From Macrostomum lignano (lineage: Eukaryota), in the NCBI GenBank assembly GCA_002269645.1, contig NIVC01000073.1, positions 880,460-944,459 of the forward strand: 64,000 bases of DNA. Reading direction: 5' to 3'. The notes under the pieces are model-generated. The model worked only from the letters and a program-made list of their open reading frames with translations. It ran no database searches and was not told the DNA's origin. Positions 1-12,248 of this stretch are shown here, piece by piece (the first letter of the stretch is position 1; every line of letters starts with the position of its first letter). The position numbers and the translations under genes were made by a program.

Positions 1-260
1 TACAAAATGGAATTCAGACATACAAAATGGCATCCAGACATACAAAATGGCATCCAGACATACAAAATGGCATCCAGACATACAAAATGGCATCGAGGCA
101 TCCAAAACGTCATTCAAACATACAAAATGGCATTCAGACATACAAAATGGCATTCAGACATACAAAATGGCATCCAGACATACAAAATGGCATCCAGACA
201 TACAAAATGGCATCCAGACATCCAAAATGGCATCCAGACATCCAAAATGGCTACAAAAAG
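1..260. repeat. Tandem minisatellite, 20-bp unit TACAAAATGGCATCCAGACA, truncated by the window edge
   Basis: About 13 near-identical units read directly; degenerate copies continue to ~360. ORFs 7..285, 27..425 and 47..322 are by-products. Confidence 0.95.
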
Positions 261-741
261 ACCAAAAATGGTACCACAACACTAAAAATATTCACCCCAG
301 ACACCAACAAAAATGGCAATAAGCCGCTCAAAATGGCATCCAGACACCCACAATGTCATCTCCAATCACGCATAGCAGCGGAAGCAGTCGGTAGTCCTCA
401 ATCTACATGGAAATATTTGCTTTAATTTCCGTCAATTTCGGCGAGTGCCACAGAGGATTAAGCCACTGAAAGAGAGAGGGGGGATGAAGAGAGAGAATAA
501 ATAAATTTTTACGACCCGACCAGGAGAGCTCAAACTGGCAGGGCTGTAAATCCGAGGGCTGTAAAATTCTCAGCGGCCCCGCGGGGGCATCCATCAAGCT
601 CAGCTCAGCTCAGCGTCTGGTAATCTTGATCGACTCAAACCATGGCATATGGGAGGGAATTTCTCCCCGCCTTCTATGGCGCTAATTCTTTGCCTATCAA
701 CGGAACAAGCAGCTAGTGCTCACTTTGAGCACAGAATCCCT

Positions 742-1312
742 CTCCCCTCTCTACTCTCCCGTCTCCCCTCTCTACTCTCCCGACTCCCTTCTCTACTCTC
801 CCGACTCCCTTCTCTACTATCCCGTCTCCCCTCTCTACTCTCCCGTCTCCCCTCTCTACTCTCCCGTCTCCCCTCTCTACTCTCCCGACTCCCTTCTCTA
901 CTCTCCCGTCTCCCCTCTCTACTCTCCCGTCTCCCCTCTCTACTCTCCCGTCTCCCCTCTCTACTCTCCCGACTCCCTTCTCTACTCTCCCGTCTCCCCT
1001 CTCTACTCTCCCGTCTCCCCTCTCTACTCTCCCGTCTCCCCTCTCTACTCTCCCGTCTCCCCTCTCTACTCTCCCGTCTCCCCTCTCTACTCTCCCGTCT
1101 CCCCTCTCTACTCTCCCGTCTCCCCTCTCTACTCTCCCGTCTCCCCTCTCTACTCTCCCGTCTCCCCTCTCTACTCTCCCGTCTCCCCTCTCTACTCTCC
1201 CGTCTCCCCTCTCTACTCTCCCGTCTCCCCTCTCTACTCTCCCGTCTCCCCTCTCTACTCTCCCGTCTCCCCTCTCTACTCTCCCGTCTCCCCTCTCTAC
1301 TCTCCCGCTCTC
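742..1312. repeat. Pyrimidine-rich tandem array, 21-bp unit CTCTCTACTCTCCCGTCTCCC
   Basis: About 27 units plus a degenerate tail to ~1510. Reads (LPSLLSR)n and (SPLYSPV)n in two frames. Confidence 0.95.
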
Positions 1313-2022
1313 TCTACTCTTTCGTCTCCCCTCTCTACTCTCCTCCCTCTACCCTCCCGTCTCCTCTCTCTACTCTCCCTTCTCTCCTCTCTACTCTTCC
1401 GCCTCCCTCTTTATCCTCCCCTATCTACTCTCCCCTACATACCATCTACTCACTCTACTCTTTTCATTATTCTTCTATTTCATCTTTTCATTATTCTTCT
1501 ATCTCCCCTCGCTCCTTAATCATCTCAATGTCAATCTGACATTTACTTCTTTCGCTGAAAATGTTCAACCTTTGTATCATGAAGAAATTTGCCCTTCAAA
1601 TAATAAGCTAATGTAATTAATTCCCCAGGACGATATGCAGTTTGCTAGTACATTTGCTAGACATTTCTCCCAAAAATTACTTTGCTCAGTAAGCCCCACC
1701 GGAGGCCAGACCGTATGCCATATTTCCAACAAAAGTTCAACAGTCTAAGAGAAAAAAGACAGACTGACTTTGAGCAAACACAGACCGGCACTGAGCCAGG
1801 GCCTCCAGAATTCCTCTTGCTCGGATATTTGATCCCGCCTCATCGAGATCGGTTTGAGGCCTCATCTGCCTAGCAACTGAGATGCCGAAGTGAATAAGGA
1901 TAACCGGATAGGGGCAGGAGTTCGAGTTCTGACTCCATCTCTGAGTTTTTCTTTTCTACTCAAATCCAAAAACCTGTTCTCGGAATTAACAGAATTCCGC
2001 TAAATAATTGCGATTTTGTGTT

Positions 2023-2900
2023 CTTAAAATATGATGATTTTTTGTCCCTAAAATATGATTTTGTGTCCCTCAAGTATGATGATTTTGTGTCGCTAAAATA
2101 TGATGATTTTGTGTCGCTAAAATATGATGATTTTGTGTCGCTAAAATATGATGATTTTGTGTCACTAAAATATGATGATTTTGTGTCGCTAAAATATGAT
2201 GATTTTGTGTCGCTAAAATATGATGATTTTGTGTCGCTAAAATATGATGATTTTGTGTCGCTAAAATATGATGATTTTGTGTCGCTAAAATATGATGATT
2301 TTGTGTCACTAAAATATGATTTTGTGTTGCTAAAATATGATGATTTTGTGTCGCTAAAATATGATGATTTTGTGTCACTAAAATATGATTTTGTGTTCCT
2401 AAAATATGATGATTTTGTGTCACTAAAATATGATTTTGTGTTGCTAAAATATAATGATTTTGTGTCGCTAAAACATGATGATTTTGTGTCACTAAAATAT
2501 GATGATTTGTGTCACTAAAATATGATGATTTTGTGTCGCTAAAATATGATGATTTTGTGTCACTAAAATATGATTTTGTGTTGCTAAAATATGATGATTT
2601 TGTGTCGCTAAAATATGATGATTTTGTGTCACTAAAATATGATTTTGTGTTGCTAAAATATGATGATTTTGTGTCACTAAAATATGATTTTGTGTTCCTA
2701 AAATATGATGATTTTGTGTCACTAAAATATGATTTTGTGTTGCTAAAATATAATGATTTTGTGTCGCTAAAACATGATGATTTTGTGTCACTAAAATATG
2801 ATGATTTTGTGTCACTAAAAAATAATGATTTTGTGTCGCTAAAATATGATGATTTTGTGTCGCTAAAATATGATGATTTTGTGTTTCTAAAATATGATTT
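2023..2900. repeat. Tandem array, 24-bp unit CTAAAATATGATGATTTTGTGTCG with 21-bp deletion variants
   Basis: Periodicity read directly; (SLKYDDFV)n ORFs are artefacts. Confidence 0.95.
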
Positions 2901-3270
2901 TTGTTCAACCGTGTTCTATAATAGCACAGAAAACCATCTTATTTTGTGGTCACAAAGACATTATTTCAGCAATAGCGATATTTTTTGCGCAAAGTTACCC
3001 TTAACTAACAAGACAAAAGTCAAAGTGAAATCAAGATGTTAAAGGTGCATATGGGTCCAGTTGTAAAAGTACAACTGGCATTTGCCCGCCGACTGCCTAT
3101 TTGAATAATTGCGCTCGTGCAAAGAAATAATTGCGCATCGCATCAAGACTTTTGCTTTGTTGCAGAAAACTGAAGCATACTTTGTGCATACAGTGTAGTG
3201 TAAGGTTAGGATGGGGTGTACTCTAATTATAGACAGGCTTACATGTAAGCACAGAATGGTGTCTGCGGTA

Positions 3271-4890
3271 CGAGATGCGACTCTTCCATTAGGGAGATGC
3301 GACTCTTCCATTAGAGAGATGCGACTCTTCCATTAGGGAGATGCGACTCTTCCATTAGGGAGATGCGACTCTTCCATTAGGGAGATGCGACTCTTCCATT
3401 AGGGAGATGCGACTCTTCCATTAGGGAAAGGCGACTCTTCCAATAGGGAGGTGTGACTCTTCCGTTAGAGAGATGCGACTCTTCCATTAGGGAGATGCGA
3501 CTCTTCCATTAGGGAGATGCGACTCTTCCATTAGGGAAAGGCGACTCTTCCATTAGGGAGGTGCGACTCTTCCATTAGGGAGGTGTGACTCTTCCATTAG
3601 GGAGGTGCGACTCTTCCATTAGGGAGGTGTGACTCTTCCATTAGGGAGCTGTGACTCTTCCATTAGGGAAAGGCGACTCTTCCGTTAGAGAGATGCGACT
3701 CTTCCATTAGGGAGGTGCGACTCTTCCATTAGGGAGGTGTGACTCTTCCATTAGGGAGGTGTGACTCTTCCATTAGGGAGCTGTGACTCTTCCATTAGGG
3801 AAAGGCGACTCTTCCATTAGAGAGATGCGACTCTTCCATTAGGGAGATGCGACTCTTCCATTAGAGAGATGCGACTCTTCCATTAGAGAGATGCGACTCT
3901 TCCATTAGGGAGATGCGACTCTTCCATTAGGGAGATGCGACTCTTCCATTAGGGAAAGGCGACTCTTCCATTAGGGAGGTGCGACTCTTCCATTAGGGAG
4001 GTGTGACTCTTCCATTAGGGAGGTGCGACTCTTCCATTAGGGAGGTGTGACTCTTCCATTAGGGAGCTGTGACTCTTCCATTAGGGAAAGGCGACTCTTC
4101 CGTTAGAGAGATGCGACTCTTCCATTAGGGAGGTGCGACTCTTCCATTAGGGAGGTGTGACTCTTCCATTAGGGAGGTGCGACTCTTCCATTAGGGAGGT
4201 GTGACTCTTCCATTAGGGAGCTGTGACTCTTCCATTAGGGAAAGGCGACTCTTCCGTTAGAGAGATGCGACTCTTCCATTAGGGAGGTGTGACTCTTCCA
4301 TTAGGGAGGTGTGACTCTTCCATTAGGGAAAGGCGACTCTTCCGTTAGGGAGATGCGACTCTTCCATTAGGGAGGTGCGACTCTTCCATTAGGGAGGTGT
4401 GACTCTTCCATTAGGGAGGTGTGACTCTTCCATTAGGGAGGTGTGACTCTTCCATTAGGGAGGTGTGACTCTTCCATTAGGGAAAGGCGACTCTTCCGTT
4501 AGGGAGATGCGACTCTTCCATTAGGGAGGTGCGACTCTTCCATTAGGGAGGTGTGACTCTTCCATTAGGGAGGTGTGCCTCTTCCACTAGAGAGATGCTA
4601 CTCTTCCATTAGGGAAAGGCGACTCTTCCGTTAGAGAGATGCGACTCTTCCATTAGGGAGGTGTGACTCTTCCATTAGGGAGGTGCGACTCTTCCATTAG
4701 GGAGCTGTGACTCTTCCATTAGGGAGCTGTGACTCTTCCATTAGGGAAAGGCGACTCTTCCGTTAGAGAGATGCGACTCTTCCATTAGGGAGGTGTGACT
4801 CTTCCATTAGGGAGGTGTGACTCTTCCATTAGGGAGGTGCGACTCTTCCATTAGGGAGGTGTGACTCTTCCATTAGGGAGGTGCGACTCT
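3271..4890. repeat. Tandem array, 22-bp unit GACTCTTCCATTAGGGAGATGC
   Basis: About 73 units with recurring variants (GGAAAGGC, GGAGGTGT, GGAGCTGT). Confidence 0.95.
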
Positions 4891-5004
4891 ACCAGATAGA
4901 AGATCATTTTATTACGTAGATGATTTCATAAGGCAAAATAAGGGCAGAAAATTTTACTGTCCATAAATTTAACTAATCTAACAAACTACTCAAACAAATG
5001 CCAG

Positions 5005-6697
5005 GTTCTGCCCGTCTGCCTTTTTCTACCTGTTAGTAACTGTGCCAAGCACCTGGTTTCTGGAACTGGAACTGGTGGACTGGCGAATCGAATGCAACAG
5101 GACCTACAGAACTACAGACGATATTCTGTGCAAGCATAGGCGAACTGCTAATGCTTCTGCGGTGCACGTGAGTGGTCAAAAATTGTGTCCGGCTGGGGTG
5201 TCAGGTTAGGGTGTCCGGATGATGTGTCCGGATAGGGTGTCCGGATAGGGTGCCCGGATAGGGTGCCCGGATAATGTGTCTGGATAGGATGTACGGACAG
5301 GGTGTCGGCCGGATAGGGTGTCCGGTTAGGATGTACGGACAGGGTGTCGGCCGGATAGGGTGTCCGGTTAGGATGTACGGACAGGGTTTCGGCCGGATAG
5401 GGTGTCCGGTTAGGATGTACGGACAGGGTGTCGGCCGGATAGGGTGCCCGGATAGGGTGTCCGGATAGGGTGTCCGGATAGGGTGTCCGGATAGGGTGTC
5501 CGGATAGGCTGCCTTGATACGGGTGTGACCAGAGCATCATGCTGCAGTGTCAGATTCATCTGTCAATCAAAAAGTACATAGGGAACTTTCATACGCTTGA
5601 CTCCGCATCGCCTCCGTCCACTCTTCGTCCAGACCAAAGGAGACGAGGACTTTCTGGGCGCTCAGGACTTTGAGCAGACAATACGGACTCTCGAACAGCT
5701 GCTTCTGCTTCTACTCATCCTGGGTCGCTGGATGCTGCCCAAGGGCAAGCTGACTCACGACCAGCTGTCCCAGCTGCTTCTCGTGTACATCGGCACCGCG
5801 GCCGATATTGTCGAATTCTTCGAAGCCTTCAAAGAGGAAGTGGTGAAACGCGATCGAAACCTCATCATGTTGATCCTGACCATCTGGACCTGGTCACTGC
5901 TCCAGTTCGTCCTGGTCATAACGGCGCAACGAGCGCGCAAAGACCACTCAGGCCTGGTGGCGTCTCGACGTCGCACTGTGAAGGAGTCGCCAGCAACGCC
6001 AGAAGAAGAGGAGAATTACTGCTACTGCTCACCCGAGGTGTTCGGCATCGTGATCTCCATGCTGCTGCAGGACCTGCCCTACCTAGTGACGCGGCTGTAC
6101 ATGATGTTCAACTACAACACCACCAGTTACACAAACGTGTTCTTCACCCTCAAGAACAGTCTGGTCTGCAGCCTGCTGACTTACCGTCTCGTGGTCATCT
6201 ACTCGGAGCGATTCCGTCGAATTAGAAAGGCCAGACGGGCCAAGCTGGCCGGAGCGCCCAGAGTCGTGCTGCTGGATGACGGGTCCGAGGCTGGCGGCGA
6301 CGTGCCCGAATCGATGCTCACCAGCGCTGGGGGAGATGCTCGAGGCTCCTTGCTGGCTAACGGCGGCGGAGCGTCCAGCAGCACCAGCTTGGTGAAGCTG
6401 TGCCTCCGGGAGAAGTACCAGCAGCCCGGGCCTCCTGAGCCGGAGCAGATGCCCCGCTCGGTGTCCCTGCGGCTGGTGCGCTACTCATCCTCGGATAGGA
6501 ACCCCCCGACGGCGATGTCGCATTCGGCCACGACGGCTGGCCTGTCGCCGACACCGCCGCGGTTGACTCTGCGGCCGCACCGGCCGGCTTCGTTAGCGGG
6601 CGACGAATCAGTGCCGGTGGACAGCGGCAAACTGGCTGGTGGCGGAGGCAGGCCAGCGATTGCAGCTGCGCACCTGGCTGACAAGTCCGACTTGTAG
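5005..6697 (+). CDS. TMEM26: Transmembrane protein 26 homolog, last two coding exons (5005-5167, 5633-6697); 5' exon(s) not found
   Basis: Exon 5005-5167 (ccag|G ... CAC|GTGAGT) reads FCPSAFFYLLVTVPSTWFLELE, like TMEM26 [22 protein letters not shown]. It splices in phase 0 to CAG|ACC at 5633, then LEQLLLLLLILGRWMLPKGKLTHDQLSQLLLVYIGTAADIVEF...IWTWSLLQF...QDLPYLVTRL...KNSLV, matching TMEM26 family motifs from memory. Confidence 0.88.
5195..5510. repeat. Intronic array in TMEM26, 13-bp unit GGATAGGGTGTCC with 42-bp composite units
   Basis: Lies between donor 5168 and acceptor 5632; periodicity visible. Confidence 0.9.
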
Positions 6698-6764
6698 CTT
6701 CTCCGGCCGGCGTTGTGCACTGATCCAGGGGCTGGTAGAAGGCTTTTTCATGGCTTTAGAATTG

Positions 6765-6925
6765 AGGGGCTTTAGCACCATGGGCTTTAGCACCGGTGGC
6801 TTTAGCACCATGGGCTTAAGCACCAGGGGCTTTAGCACCAGGGGCTTTAGCACCAGGGGCATTAGCACCGGTGGCTTTAGCATCAGGGGCTTTAGCATCA
6901 GGGGCTTTAGCACCAGGGGCTTTAG
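6765..6925. repeat. 15-bp array GGGGCTTTAGCACCA just downstream of the TMEM26 stop
   Basis: About 10 units starting ~70 bp after the stop codon. Confidence 0.9.
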
Positions 6926-9045
6926 GCCGAAAATGGAAACTGTCTTTAGTAAAACAAAGTACATTTACAATGCTGAAACTCAATGCTGCAGCTCTCTAAT
7001 GGTGTCGTCAATTGTTTTGTACCAGTATGTGCGTTGTACCTCGCAGTTTTTCTTATTGGTCAGAGACTTTTTAACTGAACTAAATATTGCATTAACAGAA
7101 TTCTAGTTGATGTCTAGGAGACACTGTCGTTATCACTTTTCTACTTTTGTACTAGCTTATACCTAATCATATATCCCTAGTATATTCCATTGAATTGCTT
7201 TTGTTGTCAATTGTCAAAGACATTCGGTGTCCGGTCTGGAACGCCCTGGTCGATCAGCTACGTTGCTATTGTCAGTCAAGTTTATAGTAAATCCAACCAA
7301 CTTTGAGAAATGCCATTTGGCAGCAGTAGATTCGGTCTTGCCCATAGACATAGACATAGACGGGAAAAGGCAAGCAACTTGATACTGCCTATGTCTATGG
7401 CCAACAGCCCATTCACTGATTTCTGCTTAAAAGTACATTTATCTAATAGATTTTTATCGATGTCACAATTTTTGAAAAGAATTACTGCAATTTTAAACAA
7501 ATTATATCTGTACAAGTAAATGCACAATTTACCGTGTCTTTTCACATTTCAATAAATTTGTTATTATTGTATCAAATGCGAAATCAATTATTGTACCAGT
7601 AGTAGTCATGGACAGCGCTGTACTCGAAATCGTGATAAAATGTTGCTGTTGGTTGCGGTTTTCGATGCTAAAAATTCATTTTTTTCAATTTTATTTAAAA
7701 TATTAACTCCCGGCTTCCCTAATAGTGCATTGCGAGTTCCGAATATACTATTATACTACAAGTATCTATCTGAATTGCCATTTATCAAACTATATTGTAA
7801 TGGAACATGATTATTTGTTATGCATCAATCAGTGTATTGTTTTGTCTTAGTTATAGTTAGCCGCATGTACCTGAATCAGCCTCTCTCAGTCCTTCATTCC
7901 GCTATCTAACTTGTGGCGTCTTGTAGCAAGCCACGCCAAAGTGTGCAGTAGGATGCATACAAGTGGCTTCAGATTTGGAATAAATTCTTTTTGCTCTCTG
8001 GCTTCGGCTACAGGATTTAAACCCGTAGAAACTACAAGGCATAGCATCAAGATTGTGTATTATATATGCAGTATTGGTAGTAGCTCGATGTAGGTAATAT
8101 CGGTATATCCGTCTGCCACTGTAAATAAACATCAGTAGGTGAAAAGTACTTTATTATTAACTACTGTGTAGCTAAAAAGATGGCATCACCAAGAAAGTAG
8201 CATAAAATTGCTACCACCTGTGGCGACTAACCGGTAGGTATAGTAATTATTGGAAAAAATAATTTCCACAATATGCTACTGTTAAGTAACAAAAATAAGT
8301 AGTATAGCTTATGATTAAAAGGCTATACACGCTAAACAATAAATTGGTTGAAGGGTCAAAATTTTTCTACCTTACAAAAGTTCTTTAATTTAAGCATCAT
8401 ATTGAAATTTAAATTGAAGAAATATAAATAGAACAGACCCCGCATCTATGCTACTTTTAGTAGCTTACTAACTGCACTTGCAACCTGCTTTGCTTCCCAA
8501 CCAGTTGATCTGATGGTCCATGACATAAACAGCAGTGGGCTTGAAAAAATTTAAAATTTTTCTTTAAATTTAGATTATATTGGTAAAAAGCTACTCAGTA
8601 AAGTAGGCAGTTAGTTTGCAAAACTAGAATTGTTAAGGTTTCTATAAATAGCAACATTTTTAGGAAGGTTAACAGCTTTGCTATGCTTCATTAAGACTCA
8701 TTAAGAGATTTCTACTTGATAAAAATTCGAGTTTATTTAGTTTGAAACGAAAATTTGCGTTGTTTGGTCCAGAGCTGAAGGGTAAGCGTGATTGACGCTC
8801 GAGTCACGGGTCATGGTTGGGGCTTGTGTGCATAAAAAATGGACCAGGTTGGTTTTCCTGCGACTGCGAGGCACAGTGTACATGCCTGACCGATTAGAAA
8901 GTCAGGGCCACTGTTCACCCTGCATGAGCGAGTGTACAGCATTGGCGCGCTTGTACTCATGTGCTCAGGAGTCTGTGGATTGGGCAGAATTGCCTCTCGG
9001 CTGTGGGACGATTATCATTTATACGATTTTGAGTCATCCCGTCAG

Positions 9046-9864
9046 TCAGATTCGCACCAACTTCATCCAGTCGGGCTTCTCAAACTCCAGCTCTGTCTCC
9101 GAGTCGCTGAACTCCGTCACCCGGCACCGCATGAGCCCGCCGTGGTACAGGAGGCTGCGACTGAACGGCCTCAGAGCAGCCAGCAGGGTGCAGTCGTCCA
9201 GGCTTGGCACGGGCCGATCCGCCTCCCAGAAGCAGTAGCGCTCGGGCTTGTTGAAGCCAGTCGTTGGCACTTCACGCCGGGCTGCCCATCGCCAACGCGA
9301 TTTCGTCGGGCAGCCGCCGTCATCGGCTGCTGGCGGCTGCAGTTCGCAGACAAATCCGCTGAGCTCTTCGCACTGTTTGTCCATCAGCCCCACACCGCGG
9401 GTGCCGTTTGAGAGCATCAAACAGTCCTGCTGGCCGTTGAAGTTGTTCGGATCAAAAGAGTACCAGATCGAGTCGCTCTCGGGCATTTGGCCTCGTCCGT
9501 TGACCAGCTGCCAGCCCAGCTTTGAGTTGACTCTCTCCTCAGCCAGGTCGCTGACTCCAATCCAGAACTGGGCGCCCGGCTCAGCTACCAGAGAGCTCAG
9601 ATTGCCGACCAGCGACCAGCTCGTGACGAGTTCGGCTCCCAGAGCGGCGCATCGATGGTTGGCCTCGCACCAGCTCACCTTGGCTGTCAGGTTGATCAGT
9701 ACGCAGTGGCTTCGGATTCTTGAAAAGCCAGGTGGGCAGCTTGCTCCAAGCGCATCCGATACAGCTTGTACTGTTCCCAGTGTATCGAGTAAATTTGCGA
9801 TAGCCCCCTGTAGAAGAACAGCTGACAACGCAACGATGGCAGTAGACTGGCAGAGCAGCCGCAT
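9046..9864 (-). CDS. Secreted C-type lectin domain protein with a degenerate C-terminal PAN/apple-like module, intronless coding region, 272 aa
   Basis: Hydrophobic signal peptide; CPPGFSRIRSHC...SWCEANHRCAALGAEL...FWIGVSD...W...DPNNFNGQQDC...DKQCEELSGFVCE is a CTLD pattern. Confidence 0.88.
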   Translation of the reverse strand: MRLLCQSTAIVALSAVLLQGAIANLLDTLGTVQAVSDALGASCPPGFSRIRSHCVLINLTAKVSWCEANHRCAALGAELVTSWSLVGNLSSLVAEPGAQFWIGVSDLAEERVNSKLGWQLVNGRGQMPESDSIWYSFDPNNFNGQQDCLMLSNGTRGVGLMDKQCEELSGFVCELQPPAADDGGCPTKSRWRWAARREVPTTGFNKPERYCFWEADRPVPSLDDCTLLAALRPFSRSLLYHGGLMRCRVTEFSDSETELEFEKPDWMKLVRI

Positions 9865-10454
9865 GACAACCGACAGTGTTGTCTGTTAAGATTTTAACTT
9901 CAGCTAGTTCGAGTGAAGAAACTCACTGGAAAAGTTCCAGCTAACACATGTAGATATAGCTATTAGTGCCAGTCACAGGAAAGTGAAAGGAAATCTTTCT
10001 TCCTTTCGTAGGTACTAAAATCGATGCTATCACAAAGGGAAGTCAGACAGACAATGCCTCAATGCGATTAGTTTCTCAGTCTGTCATTGCTTGTTTGCTT
10101 CAACTTGCTTCTCAACTCCGGAAGCCATGTCCGGGAAATCCCCTCCGAGACTTTTTGGAACAGGCGAATCGATTTAAGCTTTCTTCTACGCTAATCCTGA
10201 TTCAACACTTTTGGCTGTTTTTGTAAGGAATCAAAGCCCCCGCCCCCCTCACAATATTGACTGTTGGGCGAAAAGTTAGCAGCTGCATCAGACCCATGGA
10301 TGAAGCACGAAAAGGTGTTTCTAGTGAGCAACAAATGCGACTTGTTGCTAGTTTTATAAGCACAAAGCCTTGGAATTGTAAATGGCAACGCCCAATGACG
10401 TAAGCAGCAGTTTTTCTGGGACCGCAACCCTACGGGGCGCCAATATTTGGTGAT

Positions 10455-11145
10455 TTGGTGGGCGGCCCCTGTCTCTTGGTGGGCGGCCCGTGTCTCTTGG
10501 TGGGCGGCCCGTGTCTCTTGGTGGGCGGCCCGTGTCTCTTGGTGGGTGGCCCCTGTCTCTTGGTGGGTGGCCCCTGTCTCTTGGTGGGTGGCCCCTGTCT
10601 CTTGGTGGGTGGCCCCTGTCTCTTGGTGGGTGGCCCCTGTCTCTTGGTGGGTGGCCCCTGTCTCTTGGTGGGGGTGGGTGGCCCCTGTCTCTTGGTGGGG
10701 GTGGGTGGCCCCTGTCTCTTGGTGGGTGGCCCCTGTCTCTTGTTGGGCGGCCCGTGTCTCTTGGTGGGCGGCCCGTGTCTCTTGGTGGGCGGCCCCTGTC
10801 TCTTGGTGGGCGGCCCGTGTCTCTTGGTGGGCGGCCCGTGTCTCTTGGTGGGTGGCCCCTGTCTCTTGGTGGGTGGCCCCTGTCTCTTGGTGGGTGGCCC
10901 CTGTCTCTTGGTGGGGGTGGGTGGCCCCTGTCTCTTGGTGGGTGGCCCCTGTCTCTTGGTGGGCGGCCCGTGTCTCTTGGTGGGTGGCCCCTGTCTCTTG
11001 GAGGGTGGCCCCTGTCTCTTGGTGGGGGTGGGTGGCCCCTGTCTCTTGGTGGGTGGCCCCTGTCTCTTGGTGGGGGTGGGTGGCCCCTGTCTCTTGGTGG
11101 GTGGCCCCTGTCTCTTGGTGGGTGGCCCCTGTCTCTTGGTGGGCG
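10455..11145. repeat. Tandem array, 21-bp unit GGTGGGYGGCCCCTGTCTCTT with 27-bp variants
   Basis: Read directly; the (LLVGGPC)n ORFs are artefacts. Confidence 0.95.
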
Positions 11146-11740
11146 CCCCAGCTGTCTCTTGATAGGTCCCCTACGTCTATCTCCTTGGTGGGCGCCCCAG
11201 CTGTCTCTTGATAGGTCCCCCTACGTCTATCTCCTTGGTGGGCGCCCCAGCTGTCTCTTGATAGGTCCCCCTACGTCTATCTCCTTGGTGGGCGCCCCAG
11301 CTGTCTCTTGATAGGTCCCCCTACGTCTATCTCCTTGGTGGGCGCCCCAGCTGTCTCTTGATAGGTCCCCCTACGTCTATCTCCTTGGTGGGCGCCCCAG
11401 CTGTCTCTTGATAGGTCCCCCTACGTCTATCTCCTTGGTGGGCGCCCCAGCTGTCTCTTGATAGGTCCCCCTACGTCTATCTCCTTGGTGGGCGCCCCAG
11501 CTGTCTCTTGATAGGTCCCCCTACGTCTATCTCCTTGGTGGGCGCCCCAGCTGTCTCTTGATAGGTCCCCCTACGTCTATCTCCTTGGTGGGCGCCCCAG
11601 CTGTCTCTTGATAGGTCCCCCTACGTCTATCTCCTTGGTGGGCGCCCCAGCTGTCTCTTGATAGGTCCCCCTACGTCTATCTCCTTGGTGGGCGCCCCAG
11701 CTGTCTCTTGATAGGTCCCCCTACGTCTATCTCCTTGGCG
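11136..11740. repeat. Tandem array, 50-bp unit GGTGGGCGCCCCAGCTGTCTCTTGATAGGTCCCCCTACGTCTATCTCCTT
   Basis: About 12 near-identical units with period 50, directly abutting and related to the 21-bp array. Confidence 0.95.
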
Positions 11741-12248
11741 GGTGGACAGCGCGTCCAAGATTTGGCAAAGAAAACTCCAAAATAAAAGCGTTTCCGATTC
11801 TGCTACGAAACGTTGAATTTGTCGGTTTTGGCCATAGATAAAAGCTCAGAGCCAATGAAAAGTTCGATTATAATTGGCTGTGGAAGCTCTGAACAAGCGA
11901 TTAAATGAAATTCTAGACAGTTAACTAATAAAAAATAATTATGAAACTTCTACTGGCTTCATTGTGAGAAGCCATTAGCTAAAGGTGTTCGATGATACTT
12001 CGCACAAAATGACAAAAATATCAGAAAAAAGGGTGTAGGTCTACGACAACCAACCTTGTAGGATAAATATTGTAATACTTAGTGGAAGGAAACTTTATCG
12101 TTCTTGTTCTTGTGTAAATCCACTCAATGCACTTGAGTATTCGTAAGTTGCTTAGAGAATATACATGGGTTCACTGGCTTAATTTGGCATAGTTTAACCG
12201 GATTAAACAAGTCGAAAAATTTCAGTTAGTCACCTCTCGACCGGCAAT

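Noticed and set aside
395-450. SIYMEIFALISVNFGE as a TMEM26 upstream exon
   Set aside because: No GT donor at the required phase-2 position and poor similarity.
1905-1945. B-box-like GGAGTTCGAGTT as a tRNA or SINE
   Set aside because: No cloverleaf, A-box or second copy could be supported.
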